Positions 40,290-51,363 of a stretch of DNA of 64,000 nt are shown in pieces. Below the pieces are notes generated by a model. The model did no database searches, was not told the DNA's origin, and saw nothing but the letters and a program-made list of their open reading frames with translations. Origin of the DNA: a virus. Each line of letters starts with the position of its first letter. Position 1 is the stretch's first letter. Where the stretch lies: IMG/VR virus record IMGVR_UViG_3300033144_006256, positions 1 to 64,000 of that record. The stretch is one strand, 5' to 3'. The translations under genes and the position numbers were made by a program.

Positions 40290-40317
40290 TTGACATTTAT
40301 CCTATATATGCTATAAT
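40290..40317 (+). promoter_or_regulatory. Promoter, near-copy of the one at 28415
   Basis: GAACGC-TTGACA-TTTAT..CTA.AT.TGC-TATAAT; 16-nt spacer. Confidence 0.75.
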
Positions 40318-41541
40318 ATAATTATATTATAGAAATATTGAAAACCAACCATCCCCCTAACTCTCTACACAACCCCGAGTTTCTACCCTCCTTGAAACTG
40401 TGGTAGGTTGTGTGGGGTATTAGGGGGGAGGAATAAAGCAATGTGCCTTAAAATAAACTTAATAATTTTATTAAATAACTAAGGATGAACTTTAAATAAT
40501 TAACTACATCATTTGCATTCTTAGTTGAGGGTGGAACTCTTTTGCTCATTCTCAACTAAGATTTCAAGTGATTTAATAAATTAAGTAAAAAATATGGAGA
40601 AAAAAGAATTATTAGAAATGAAATTACACGAAGAATGTGTCGTTAATAAATATTATTCGGTATTAAGAGTTTTTGGAGGATGGATTTATAATCAAATGTT
40701 GGAAAATCAAGATGGAATTTGGACTTCCACGTCAACATTTGTCCCTGAAGTATTAGATTGTGAAGTAATAATGAAAAGTTAAAAAACCGCCTAAGTTCTT
40801 TACAATTAAGGAGGATAAGATGAAAACTTATATTGCTACACTGTGCTTTATAACTCTTTTAAACTTTTTTATATCAAGGGGGTGTAATAATGAATATAAA
40901 AGAAGTTCCGAAAGAAAAAGCAATAAAAAGGTATGAGGGTTTTATCAGGTTTGTTTTACGAAAACCAAGTAGATATACTAAAGCTAATTTAGCCAGAGCA
41001 GACTTATTACGAAGGAATATTTGCAAGAACGGTGGGACTATCATAGATGCAGAGAAAGCATATAGAAGAGCAATAGTAAGGATAGATGAAGAAAGGAAAC
41101 TAAGGGAACAAAGGGTAGCCATAAAACAACAGCAATTAAGAGGGTGGTAATATGGCAGGCACGCCGAACCAAATTAACGAAAAGCTAAGTAAGCAGATAG
41201 AGGAACAGTTTGATACATTTGTTGATAAAGCCACAAAGTTAGGAATGATAAGCAAGGTGGTAAATATCCGCAATAAGAAACCGATTGATAAATATACTTA
41301 TCTAACAGAGCTTTTATTCAGAAATCCAGTATTCATTGATAAAGATATGCTCATCTTGATGACCTTAGTAGAACGGCAATGTATCAACTACGGATATGAT
41401 AGCAAAACACTATCAGAAGCAACGGTAAAGGCAATGAAAATATAGTTGGCAGGTTTCCTCCTCCTTAACCGCCAACCTCAAAAGAGCAGACACCTTAGGC
41501 AAGTGTCTGCTCCCACCTTAAATAAATAATAAATAGGAAGT

Positions 41542-42033
41542 ATGAAGAAATATTTTAAACATTTTTGGACAATCGCAAAACACAAATATTATGTTGGGAT
41601 AGAATGTTTTAAGGTTGGGCTATATTGGCAAGGGATAATACACGATTTTTCAAAGTATAGTTTAACTGAATTTTTTATCTCCGCTAAATATTTTCAAGGA
41701 AAAAGTAGTCCGATAGATGCAGAAAGAATTAAAAATGGATATTCTGTCGCGTGGCTTAACCATAAAGCTAAAAATAAACATCATTTTGTTTATTGGGTTG
41801 ATTTAGACAGGGGAAAAGCAATCCCTTGTGATATGCCAGATAAGTATATTTTAGAAATGGCTTGTGATTTTATAGGTGCTGGGAAAGCGTATAACAATGT
41901 TTCAAGCGATACAAGCGAACCACTAAAATATTATAACGAAAAAATAGACAAGCAATTTATGACCAAAAATACACAAGATAAATTTGAGAAGCTATTACAG
42001 AAATATTCTGATACAGGGAGATTAACACCTTAG
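41542..42033 (+). CDS. HD-like protein (DUF5662-type)
   Basis: HDFSKYS, AWLNH...NKHH..YW and MP..Y..EM.CD.IGA motifs. Confidence 0.75.
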   Translation: MKKYFKHFWTIAKHKYYVGIECFKVGLYWQGIIHDFSKYSLTEFFISAKYFQGKSSPIDAERIKNGYSVAWLNHKAKNKHHFVYWVDLDRGKAIPCDMPDKYILEMACDFIGAGKAYNNVSSDTSEPLKYYNEKIDKQFMTKNTQDKFEKLLQKYSDTGRLTP

Positions 42034-42835
42034 GCAAGCACTCTCTCCCAATAATAAATTAAATTAAATAATATGAAGACAATAGCGATTGATGAAGAGG
42101 CAATAAAAGGGCTTATAACCAAAAAAGATATAATCGGCGACCTTTATGCAATTTTACTAATGGTTAGTGGTATGGAGAAAAATCAATTTGTTGGAGGGGG
42201 TAGGCTAGAAGAATTAAAAAGTGTAGCTCCTTATCAAATAGCAAAAAAAATAATGCAATTACAAACTGAGATAGAAACAAAGGTTTTATTAGGTGATACT
42301 GAAATAAAAGCGAATAAGTAGTTTCATACGACGGTATGTCTGGTGCAAACCCAGAGTTCGCTGTCAAGAAACACCTCCACTTTTCCGCTTAAAATACCGG
42401 GAAATTAGAGAAAATATTTTGTTGTAAAGTGGACTTTACAAGGAATAAATTAAATTAAAAAATATGAAGACAATAGATATTCCCCACAAAGAAATATGTA
42501 GAATGTGGGAAGAAAAATGCAAAGAATTTTCAGATTTGCAGTTAAAAAATATTGGTTTAAATAAAGAAATTAAAAATCTTAACAGTATAATTCTAAAAAT
42601 TAGAGGTTTAATAAATTAAGGATAAAAAATATGGAATTATTTGCATATATTTTAATAGGAATTGGGATTAGTGTGATATTATATTCTATCAGAATTATAA
42701 CCAAAAAATGAATGAAGATTTAACAAATTAAGATAAAAAATATGAATATAGAAAAAAAATAAAGAGAATATAAAGTTAAATGATATTTCTAGTAGCAAAG
42801 TATTTAAAAATTACCTTAGTGAAATAATAAAAATT

Positions 42836-43666
42836 ATGAAAAATAAAATTATACAAGGTGAAGCATTAGAAGAATTAAAAAAACTTCCAGATGAAAGTGT
42901 CAATATGTGTATTACGAGTCCACCTTATTGGACTTTAAGAGATTACGGAGTTGAAAGGCAACTAGGGTTAGAGCCAAATTTTAATATTTATATTACTAAT
43001 CTCTGTAATATTTTTGATGAGGTTAAAAGAGTATTAAAAAAAGAAGGAACTTGTTGGGTTATTTTAGGAGATACATATATGACACAAAAAAGAAAATTGC
43101 CTGATAAATGCCTCTGTCAAATTCCATCCCGCTTTGCAATAGAAATGACAAATAGAGGTTGGATATTAAGAAATGAATTGATATGGCACAAATCAAACTG
43201 TATGTCCTCATCAGTAAAAGATAGATTTACAGTAGATTTTGAAAAGATATTTTTCTTTGTTAAGGGTAAAAAATATTATTTTGAAACGCAATATGAACCG
43301 ATGAATGATAAAAGTAAAGAAAGATATAAATATAACTTTACTGGGAATAAAAATAATGATGGTAAACTTACATTGCAAGAACCAAAGGGGAAATCAATAC
43401 AATCAAATAAAGGTAGAAATAAACGCTGTGTTTGGAAAATTACAACTAAATCATATAAAGAAGCACACTTTGCAACATACCCAGAAAAACTTATAGAGAC
43501 ACCTATATTAGTTGGTTGTCCAGAAAATGGGATAATTCTTGACCCATTTTTCGGTGCAGGAACAACAGGAGTAGCTTGTAAAAACCTTAATCGTAGATTT
43601 ATAGGTATAGAAAAAGATAAAGAATATTTTAAAATAGCAGAAGCGAGAATAAAATCAACACCATAA
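42836..43666 (+). CDS. N4/N6 DNA methyltransferase (beta class)
   Basis: TSPPYW, HFATYP and [10 protein letters not shown] motifs. Confidence 0.92.
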   Translation: MKNKIIQGEALEELKKLPDESVNMCITSPPYWTLRDYGVERQLGLEPNFNIYITNLCNIFDEVKRVLKKEGTCWVILGDTYMTQKRKLPDKCLCQIPSRFAIEMTNRGWILRNELIWHKSNCMSSSVKDRFTVDFEKIFFFVKGKKYYFETQYEPMNDKSKERYKYNFTGNKNNDGKLTLQEPKGKSIQSNKGRNKRCVWKITTKSYKEAHFATYPEKLIETPILVGCPENGIILDPFFGAGTTGVACKNLNRRFIGIEKDKEYFKIAEARIKSTP

Positions 43667-43719
43667 CCGCTGTTTTAAAAGAGTTTAACCTTAAATAAAT
43701 AACAAGAAAGGATAAAAAT

Positions 43720-44190
43720 ATGAATATGGATAAAAAAGAAATTCAAAAAAGAGTTTTACAAAATGGGGAACCATTAGACTTAGATAAATTTACTTGGGAT
43801 AAAGATACTAAAACATTTTCAAGTTTAGAAGATAATTTAGTACTTGATTTTAATGGTATAGATTACTGTGTTTTTTCTGCTGGCTCTGACTGTGTTTTCA
43901 AAACTGGCTCTGGTTGTATCTTCAAAACTGGCTCTAACTGTGTTTTTGATACTGGCTCTGGCTGTGTTTTTTCTACTAGCTCTTACTGTATTTTTTCTAC
44001 TGGTTTTAACTGTGCAGTAGTTAGAAGAGATGTTTATGGAGTTATAGAATTAAAAGAAAATCAGAAAATTAAATTAAATGGATGGAATATTAAAGGTTAT
44101 AAAATCCTAGATGAGGAAGAAAAATCTCTATCTGGCAAAAAAGTAAAAGTAGAACTAGACGGTAAAAGTTATACAGCTACTATCGATTAA
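43720..44190 (+). CDS. Protein with tandem 8-aa repeats (TGSxCVFx)
   Basis: About six 24-bp repeats at 43865-44010. Confidence 0.7.
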   Translation: MNMDKKEIQKRVLQNGEPLDLDKFTWDKDTKTFSSLEDNLVLDFNGIDYCVFSAGSDCVFKTGSGCIFKTGSNCVFDTGSGCVFSTSSYCIFSTGFNCAVVRRDVYGVIELKENQKIKLNGWNIKGYKILDEEEKSLSGKKVKVELDGKSYTATID

Positions 44191-44720
44191 TAAATTAAAT
44201 AAATATGGATAAGAAATTAATATACAATTATAAAGAATTATACGACCCATTAGATGATATTACTTTTAGTTCAGAACTGCTAATCAGAAAATTAAATAAA
44301 AGAGAATACCTCAATAATGATGAAAGAGAATTATTGATAGAAGCAATTGAAGTGTGCGTTAATCTTTTAAAATGTTAGATTATATTATTGCAATTGGGTT
44401 ATTAACTTTATTTTTTGGAAGTATTTTAGCTGTAATTTTAGGGGGGGGGTAAAATGGATAAGCAAGAAATGAATATAAAAATAATGACAGATTATCGCTT
44501 AGCATTAGAAGAAATATTTAGAAATGTTAGAAATTTAGACGAAGATAGATTAGTAGAATTAGATATTAATAGTGCCTTTTTAAAAGAAGAAGAAATACAA
44601 TTAGTTTGGAAAAGTATTTTCAAAAAAAGAAGAAGATAATAAAAGGAGGCATAAGTTGCCTCCTTGACTTTTTCATAAAAAAAGCGTATAATTACAACAT
44701 AAACTATAACGGTTATAACT

Positions 44721-45587
44721 ATGAAAATCAATCAAATAAAAGTTTGTAAAAGGTTTAGAAAAGATCTTGGTGACTTAGAAGAATTAAAAAAATCAATTAA
44801 AGAAATAGGGCTTTTACAACCAATAGTTGTTGATGAAAATAATAATTTAATAGCTGGACAAAGAAGATTACAAGCATTTAAAGAATTAAGTATCACTGAT
44901 ATAGATGTGAATATAATAAAAATAGATAGTAGTTTAAAAGGTGAATATGATGAAAATGTTATAAGGAAACAATTTACACCGACAGAGGGGGTTAAAATAT
45001 GGGAAGCAATGAAAAGTTATCAGGGGAAAAATCAATATACACAAGAGGATGTGTCCAATTTGGACACAAGCAAAAAAAGAGATAGGGCAGCTAAAGCAAC
45101 AAAGATAGGAAGAACAAATCTTTCAAAGGCAAAACAAGTTATAGAATATGGGGATAAGGATATAATAAAAGAAATGGATAAAACCGAGAATATTAGTGGA
45201 GCATACAGTAAAATTAAAACAGCAAAAACACTAGCAGATATTGAACAACAAAAAAAAGATATAGCAAGTGGCAAAATAAAACTTCCAGAAGGTGTATTTG
45301 AAAATATAGTTGTAGATCCGCCTTGGGATTACAAATCAGAATATAATGCAGAAACACGAAGATCAGCTAATAAATATCCACCAATGACGTTAGAAGAAAT
45401 AGAAAATATTAAATTACCATTAGCGGATGATTGTATATTATGGTTTTGGACAACACAAGCATTTATCTTTGAAGCTAAAAGAATACTTGATAATTGGGGT
45501 TTTGATTATAAAGGAATGTTAATTTGGGATAAAGGGCAAATGGGTCAAGGTTATTGGCTAAGAATGCAATGTGAGTTCTGTGATTAG
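44721..45587 (+). CDS. ParB-N domain fused to MT-A70-type adenine methyltransferase, C-terminally truncated
   Basis: GLLQPIVV..LIAGQRRL (ParB); VDPPW, Y..M..EEI and WGF.Y...IWDK (MT-A70); stops just after QCEF. Confidence 0.8.
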   Translation: MKINQIKVCKRFRKDLGDLEELKKSIKEIGLLQPIVVDENNNLIAGQRRLQAFKELSITDIDVNIIKIDSSLKGEYDENVIRKQFTPTEGVKIWEAMKSYQGKNQYTQEDVSNLDTSKKRDRAAKATKIGRTNLSKAKQVIEYGDKDIIKEMDKTENISGAYSKIKTAKTLADIEQQKKDIASGKIKLPEGVFENIVVDPPWDYKSEYNAETRRSANKYPPMTLEEIENIKLPLADDCILWFWTTQAFIFEAKRILDNWGFDYKGMLIWDKGQMGQGYWLRMQCEFCD

Positions 45588-45897
45588 ATTTTTTAAACAA
45601 GGGGTAAATGCATCTGATTTATTTAATGGTAATTATTTTAATACAAGAAGATTAGCTTTAAATAAACCAGCACCAACAATTACAAAAACTAAAGCATTAT
45701 TACATCCGACAGAAGACAGATGGCTTACAATAGAAGAATGTAAAGCTATATCAACTTTCCCAAAAGATTTCAAATTTATTGGCTCATATAATAACCAATG
45801 GGCAAGAATAAGGAATGCTGTTATGCCAAAATTTATGGAAGCGATTGCGTTACATATTAAAAAAGAAATATTAGAAAAATACTATGAAAACAATTAA
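45571..45897 (+). pseudogene. C-terminal fragment of a C5-cytosine DNA methyltransferase
   Basis: PAPTIT, HP..DR.LTIEEC..I.TFP..F and Q..(I)RNAV.P (motifs IX/X); no N-terminal FxGxG or PC motif. Confidence 0.8.
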
Positions 45898-46374
45898 CCT
45901 TATATGCCAACAATGTGGCACAAAACTATTAAAACAACCACAGAACATAAATAAGAGGCAACAACCTTTTTCTACTTGGTATAATGGCTTTTGTGATGTA
46001 TGTGGTAAAGAAAAAACAGTGACTGAAAACCGTGATTTTGGCTATTTAAAAGAAAAAAATGATTAACTATAAAAACAAATATCCATTATCTACCCTTAAT
46101 ACTTAATAAAATAACAGATATAGAAATAATGGGTAATAATCATTCAACAGAGCAAGGAATACAATATAAGCATATTAGAAACGCAATTAATAATATAATA
46201 GAAAGTTAAAAAATATGAAAACTAAAAAACCTTGTCCAAGTTCAAAAATCCGTTCTAAAGGTAAAGGACGTGGGTTAGGTATAGGAAAAGGTAAGGGACC
46301 GATAGGAAGAAGAAAATAACTTATAACCTGTTATAACTTTAATAAATTAAAAAAAACATATAGTAAAGGATAAA

Positions 46375-46530
46375 ATGCCTACTGTATCAGAAGAAAAGAA
46401 AAAAGAATATTTAGCACTTATAAGAAGATTATTAGTTATGAATCCAAATATAACTGTTTTAGGTATTCAATCAGCATTAGAAAATAGTAAAAATAGTTTT
46501 AATCGATTTTTTTATAAAAATATGTTATAA
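46375..46530 (+). pseudogene. Orphaned 5' part of the terminase small subunit gene (51 aa)
   Basis: MPTVSEEKKKEYLALIRRLLVMNPNITVLGIQSALENSK aligns with the N-terminus encoded at 47301; has an AAAGGA RBS. Confidence 0.8.
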
Positions 46531-46607
46531 TATATTTATAGGGACGAGAAATATTTTTTATGCCTGCCAATGGCTCGTCCCTGAGGTAGGCTTTTAAGTA
46601 TATTATT

Positions 46608-47296
46608 ATGCCATCAGGAGTTTATAAAAGAAGTGAATTAGAAAAAAATAGATTATATAATAATCTAAAATATAGTATTAGGGTTGGTATGACTGGCAAA
46701 AAGCATTCAGAGCATTCAAAAAAGAAGATGAGTAATTCTAAATTAGGTAAGCATTATTCGACAAGGACTGAGTTTAAAAAAGGTAACCCACCGTGGAATA
46801 AAGGCAAAAAATTATCAGATGAATATAGAAAAAAATTAAGTGAATCACATAAGGGGTTGCAATCTTATTGGAAAGGCAGAAAAAGAGGAGCGATGTCAGA
46901 TGAATGGAAAAGAAAAATATCAGAAGCTAATAGGGGGGGGCTAAAGGGAACGCTTGGAAAGGTGGTATAACAAAAAAACATTTTGCAGAAAGAAATAATG
47001 TTGAAATTAAAATTTGGAAGGCTAATATTTTTAAAAAATATAATTGGTCTTGTAGAAAATGTGGTAAAATAGGTGGTAGGTTGCAAGCCCACCATATATA
47101 TAATTTTTCTAGTCACATTAATTTTAGATCTAAGATTGATAATGGTATATTACTATGCAACGAATGCCATAAAGAATTTCATAAAATATATAAAAGGGTA
47201 AATAATAATATAGAGCAAATAGATATTTTTATAAATGGTTATAATACTATAAAACAGTTTTTAAGGGATAATTATAAAGAAATATTTTGTGATTAA
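46608..47296 (+). pseudogene. NUMOD3-HNH homing endonuclease, frameshifted at a G8 tract
   Basis: NUMOD3 repeats (GKKHSEHSKKKMS). After 46933-46940 another frame reads AWKGG..CRKC..QAHHI..NGILLCNECH. Confidence 0.8.
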
Positions 47297-47300
47297 AAAT

Positions 47301-47792
47301 ATGCCAGCATATAGTGAAGAGAAAAAAAATCAATTTATGGAGTATATTAGAAGGCTATTAGTTATGAGTCCTAATATTTCTATTTTATCAATACAAGAAT
47401 CTCTTGAAAAAAGTAAAGGGATAAGGCTAGATAAAGATTATATACATAAACTAAGAAACAAAATATTTGCAGAAAGAGCGAATAGGTATAATTATTATAC
47501 TATAAAAAAATTGTTGCCAGAATATAGTGACGAAATAGAAATAATTAAAAGTAGATTGTGGAGCATATTAAATAACAAAGATGCTGAAGATAGAGATAAA
47601 ATTAGGGCTCTAAGTGAAATAAGAAATTCAAGTAAAGATTTACTAAACGCTATGGCTGATGCTGGCGTATTTACAAGGGAGATAGGAAAACTTGATACTG
47701 GTATGGCTGAAATAGTAAAGATGATTAAAGAATACTACCCTAAAAAAGAAATAAAGCCAGAAGATGTGCCAGGTGAAGCACCGCAGGAATAG
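47301..47792 (+). CDS. Putative terminase small subunit
   Basis: Helical N-terminal HTH-like region, DKIRAL..I motif, position upstream of terL. Confidence 0.55.
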   Translation: MPAYSEEKKNQFMEYIRRLLVMSPNISILSIQESLEKSKGIRLDKDYIHKLRNKIFAERANRYNYYTIKKLLPEYSDEIEIIKSRLWSILNNKDAEDRDKIRALSEIRNSSKDLLNAMADAGVFTREIGKLDTGMAEIVKMIKEYYPKKEIKPEDVPGEAPQE

Positions 47793-48462
47793 TGTTAGAA
47801 GCCCCAAAATTGCGTTCTAAGGGGTTTTAAAGTAAAAAGTAATTATAATATACATTATGGAAAAAGAAACATTTGATGCAATAAGAATAATAATATCTTG
47901 TTTTGGCTTATCTGTCGCAATAATAGGATTTTTTTATGGAAGTAATCACAGGATATACAGGGTTTATGGTTTTTAATGCTTTGGCTATATTCGCTTGGAG
48001 TATTTATTTAAGAAAAATTTATATTGAAAATAAGTAGCTTATCTAAGCCAAAAGTGCTAATTCTATGGGGGGTTCATTTTACATAATAGTTAAAATATGA
48101 AACAAGAAGATTGGCAAAAAATATAAGGTTTATTAGAAAGGCAAAAAAATGAAAAAACATAATCCATATAAACTAACTATAGAAAAAATAGAAAACGGCT
48201 TTTTGCTAACCCATAATGAACAACTTGACGATGATTGGGTAAAAGAACGCAAGGAAGCAATCATAGAAGATGATGATGAAGAAAAAGAAATAGTAGCAGT
48301 GCTTCAACAAGTAGCTGAATATTTTGGTATTTATAATAGCAAACATAAAGAAAGAAATTTAGAGATAGGATTTAAAAAAAATTGATAAAGTATTTGATAT
48401 AGTATATTGTTTTAGAATGATTAAAATTATTTGGTGAATATTGGGATAGTATGTGGTATTAA

Positions 48463-48535
48463 GCAGATGTAGTTTAACTGTTAAAACTATCATTCCAACA
48501 AAATGATTTTAGCGGTACAACTCCGTTCATCTGCA
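48463..48535 (+). tRNA. Degenerate tRNA-like cloverleaf (Gly-like body, identity uncertain)
   Basis: Acceptor GCAGATG/CATCTGC, D stem GTTT/AAAC, anticodon stem ATCAT(T)/(A)ATGAT, T arm AGCGG-TACAACT-CCGTT; loops non-canonical. Confidence 0.55.
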
Positions 48536-48568
48536 CAGGTTTTTTAACATTAAATAAAGGAGGGAATA

Positions 48569-49063
48569 ATGACAATAATACCAGTAGTAATTATTGTATT
48601 AAAGAAATGTAACCATTTTGTATTAGTAGTTAATTCAACTAAACTCAATGGAAAAGCATTCCCAGGTGGTAAAATTAAATTTGGTGAAACAATAAGAGAA
48701 GCAACAATGCGTGAAGCGAAAGAAGAATTAGGTATTGATGTTAAGGTTGAAAGAATAATCGGGTATGGTGAAATGATAACAGCTGGATATGCAGGTGATA
48801 GAAAATATTTATCATATGCAGAACTAAACGCACTGCCAGAAACACAGAAAAGAAATTTTATTAATCCGTGTAGTAAAAAACATTATTTATTCTATACAGT
48901 CCTTTGTTCAAAGAAATTTAAGAATAGCAGAGTAGTATTGAATGAAGAAGCCACAGAATGTTTTTGGGTCACAATTAATGAGTTAGAAGAATGTGGGTTA
49001 AATGGAATTTGGGAACAGCCGATAGGACACATTAAACAATCAATGTTTAAAAATCCATATTAG
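48569..49063 (+). CDS. Nudix hydrolase
   Basis: Nudix box GGKIKFGETIREATMREAKEELG. Confidence 0.92.
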   Translation: MTIIPVVIIVLKKCNHFVLVVNSTKLNGKAFPGGKIKFGETIREATMREAKEELGIDVKVERIIGYGEMITAGYAGDRKYLSYAELNALPETQKRNFINPCSKKHYLFYTVLCSKKFKNSRVVLNEEATECFWVTINELEECGLNGIWEQPIGHIKQSMFKNPY

Positions 49064-49733
49064 TTCTTTATCAAATAAGAAATATGGTATAACTGTTAAA
49101 AGAATACAAAGATTTTGTTTATAATACTTCCAATATTCTTAAAAGGGGGCGGAATGCTAATGATGCAATATCCGCCCCAAAATACTAATATTTCCAAGTA
49201 TTATTTAAGGTTTTGTTATTAGTTTTATACTTCCGATACAAACTTCGCTACGCTCGTTGCTTTTGTATAAAACACCCTTCGCTACGCTACGGGGTTTTCT
49301 ATCAAAAGCGGTTTTCTTTTTTCTATAATCTTTTCTAAACTTTTTCTTTATTGTTTATATTTATCTGCTTAGTGTTGGCATAGTTATCCCATAGCGATAT
49401 TTAAAAAAATATAACCTTATAATGCCTTCTGTGGAGTTTTTCTAAAGACTAAGTTACTATCCTTAAACAAATGTTACAAAAAAAATGTAAATTTGGCGGC
49501 CTCTTTTCCTATATTACCATTGGATAGCATCCCATTTCGGAAAGGTCGTGCTTTTGCACACATAGAGTATTGATTTTGCTGATGCAACTATCACGCTTTA
49601 GAATTAAGGAGGAGTGGTTACCTTCAAGTATGCTCTCCCCACAGGATTAACAAACTATATCATATGTAGTAGGGTGATTAGATAAAAGCACATAAGCACA
49701 CTTACTTTATCTTATTCGTTCCCTACATTTTAC

Positions 49734-49844
49734 AAGCAAAAAACACCCAATAAAGGGTGTCTGATGCAATGAGATATAATATTTTACCAATTTCTTGGCA
49801 TACAAATTTGTCGATAAAATTGTAATTTATATTATATTCCATTA
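49734..49844 (-). ncRNA. Putative structured small RNA, copy 2
   Basis: Minus-strand promoter TTGACA(49878-49873)-17-TATAAT; homologous to 25563-25672 with compensatory changes. Confidence 0.6.
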
Positions 49845-49878
49845 ACCATATTATAATTTACTTTTAAAAAATTGTCAA

Positions 49879-51348
49879 ATGGATAAACAAGAATTAGAAA
49901 ATATAGCAGAGTCACAATTAAATTTTAGTGAATTTATTAAAAGAATATTCTCTAAAAGTTTTGATAAATTTATCGGTGGGCAATACCCAACAGATGTTGC
50001 TAATTTTATGCAATATTATCACGATAAAGGGAAAAATACGATTAGAATATCAGCAAGGTTGCACGGAAAATCAACTTTTATTTATGCATATATAATGTGG
50101 CTAATATTCAGAATGGATAAAGATTTATCCATTATTTATTTTTCATATAGCGGGAAAATGTCCGCATACCATATAACTAAGATAAAAAAACTAATACAGA
50201 ACAATCCATACTTTAATGAACTTATTGATTTAAAACCAACAGCAGAAACACTAATGGCATATAGGTGGAAGAACAGCAAACACGAAGTAACAGTTAACCC
50301 ACAAGGGCTATTAGGGTTTAAGCGAGGTTTACACAGCTCAGTAGTTATTATAGATGACCCATATTCTATTGACAAAGAAATTGTAAATGAAGTAGTAAAC
50401 TTTTCAAATGTTGCCAAAATAAATAATATTATTAAAGCACAGGTGTTAGATATACCATATGTTGATGGCGGTGAAATACATATAGTTGGCACGCCATTTT
50501 CAAATGATGATGTGTTTTTTGATAAAGAATTAAGAAAGATGTTTGCATTCTGGCAAGCCCCAGCGATTAAAGATGAAAAGAATAAAATAGCATTATGGCC
50601 TGAATATATGGATTGGGATGAATTAATGAAAAGGAAAGTAACCAGAAGTAATTTTTTTGCCCGTGAATATCTTTGCCAGCCGATAATTGCAAGCGAAGGG
50701 TATCTTACAAAAGAACAAGTATTAAGTGTAGTTGACGATAGCTTAACAAATAACGATATTTATGATATAATGACAACGCCTGCAAATACAATAGCAGGAT
50801 TTGATATAGGAAAGAAGCTACACCCATCAGCAATAACTGTCCTTAGATGGGATGGGACAGCTTATAAAGAGATATACAATAGATTTTTAGATAATTGGGA
50901 TTATACAAATGGCGGAGAATTTGACCCTGATAATCCAACACAATTAGAATTATTAAAACTTGTAGTAAAGAATTTAAAAGTTGATATTTTATACTTTGAT
51001 AATACTCGTGGGGAATTTGAAGCGTTTATAGAAACACAGAGCTTGCCACAACAGGCAATCCCAGTAGTATTTTCTTTAAAAGAAAAAACAGCTATGGCAA
51101 TGCATCTTAGCAATGCCATAACTGAAAAACTAATTTTAATACAAAACAAACAGAGATCTATCAACAGTTTATTATCTGTTATGAAAGATTTACAATCAAT
51201 AGAAACACCAGAAGGTCACGGGGATATGTTTTGGGCAATGGCATTGGCTGCAAAAGCCCTTTATGAAATACACCCAAGAGAAGGTGGGGCAAAAGTATCC
51301 ACAGGTTCACCATCAATAGTAGATGGCGAAATACCGAAAGGATACTAA
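49879..51348 (+). CDS. terL: Terminase large subunit
   Basis: Walker A ARLHGKST, Walker B VIIDD, VGTP coupling motif, nuclease motifs GFDIG and HGDMFWA. Confidence 0.9.
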   Translation: MDKQELENIAESQLNFSEFIKRIFSKSFDKFIGGQYPTDVANFMQYYHDKGKNTIRISARLHGKSTFIYAYIMWLIFRMDKDLSIIYFSYSGKMSAYHITKIKKLIQNNPYFNELIDLKPTAETLMAYRWKNSKHEVTVNPQGLLGFKRGLHSSVVIIDDPYSIDKEIVNEVVNFSNVAKINNIIKAQVLDIPYVDGGEIHIVGTPFSNDDVFFDKELRKMFAFWQAPAIKDEKNKIALWPEYMDWDELMKRKVTRSNFFAREYLCQPIIASEGYLTKEQVLSVVDDSLTNNDIYDIMTTPANTIAGFDIGKKLHPSAITVLRWDGTAYKEIYNRFLDNWDYTNGGEFDPDNPTQLELLKLVVKNLKVDILYFDNTRGEFEAFIETQSLPQQAIPVVFSLKEKTAMAMHLSNAITEKLILIQNKQRSINSLLSVMKDLQSIETPEGHGDMFWAMALAAKALYEIHPREGGAKVSTGSPSIVDGEIPKGY

Positions 51349-51363
51349 TATTAAGAATATACA

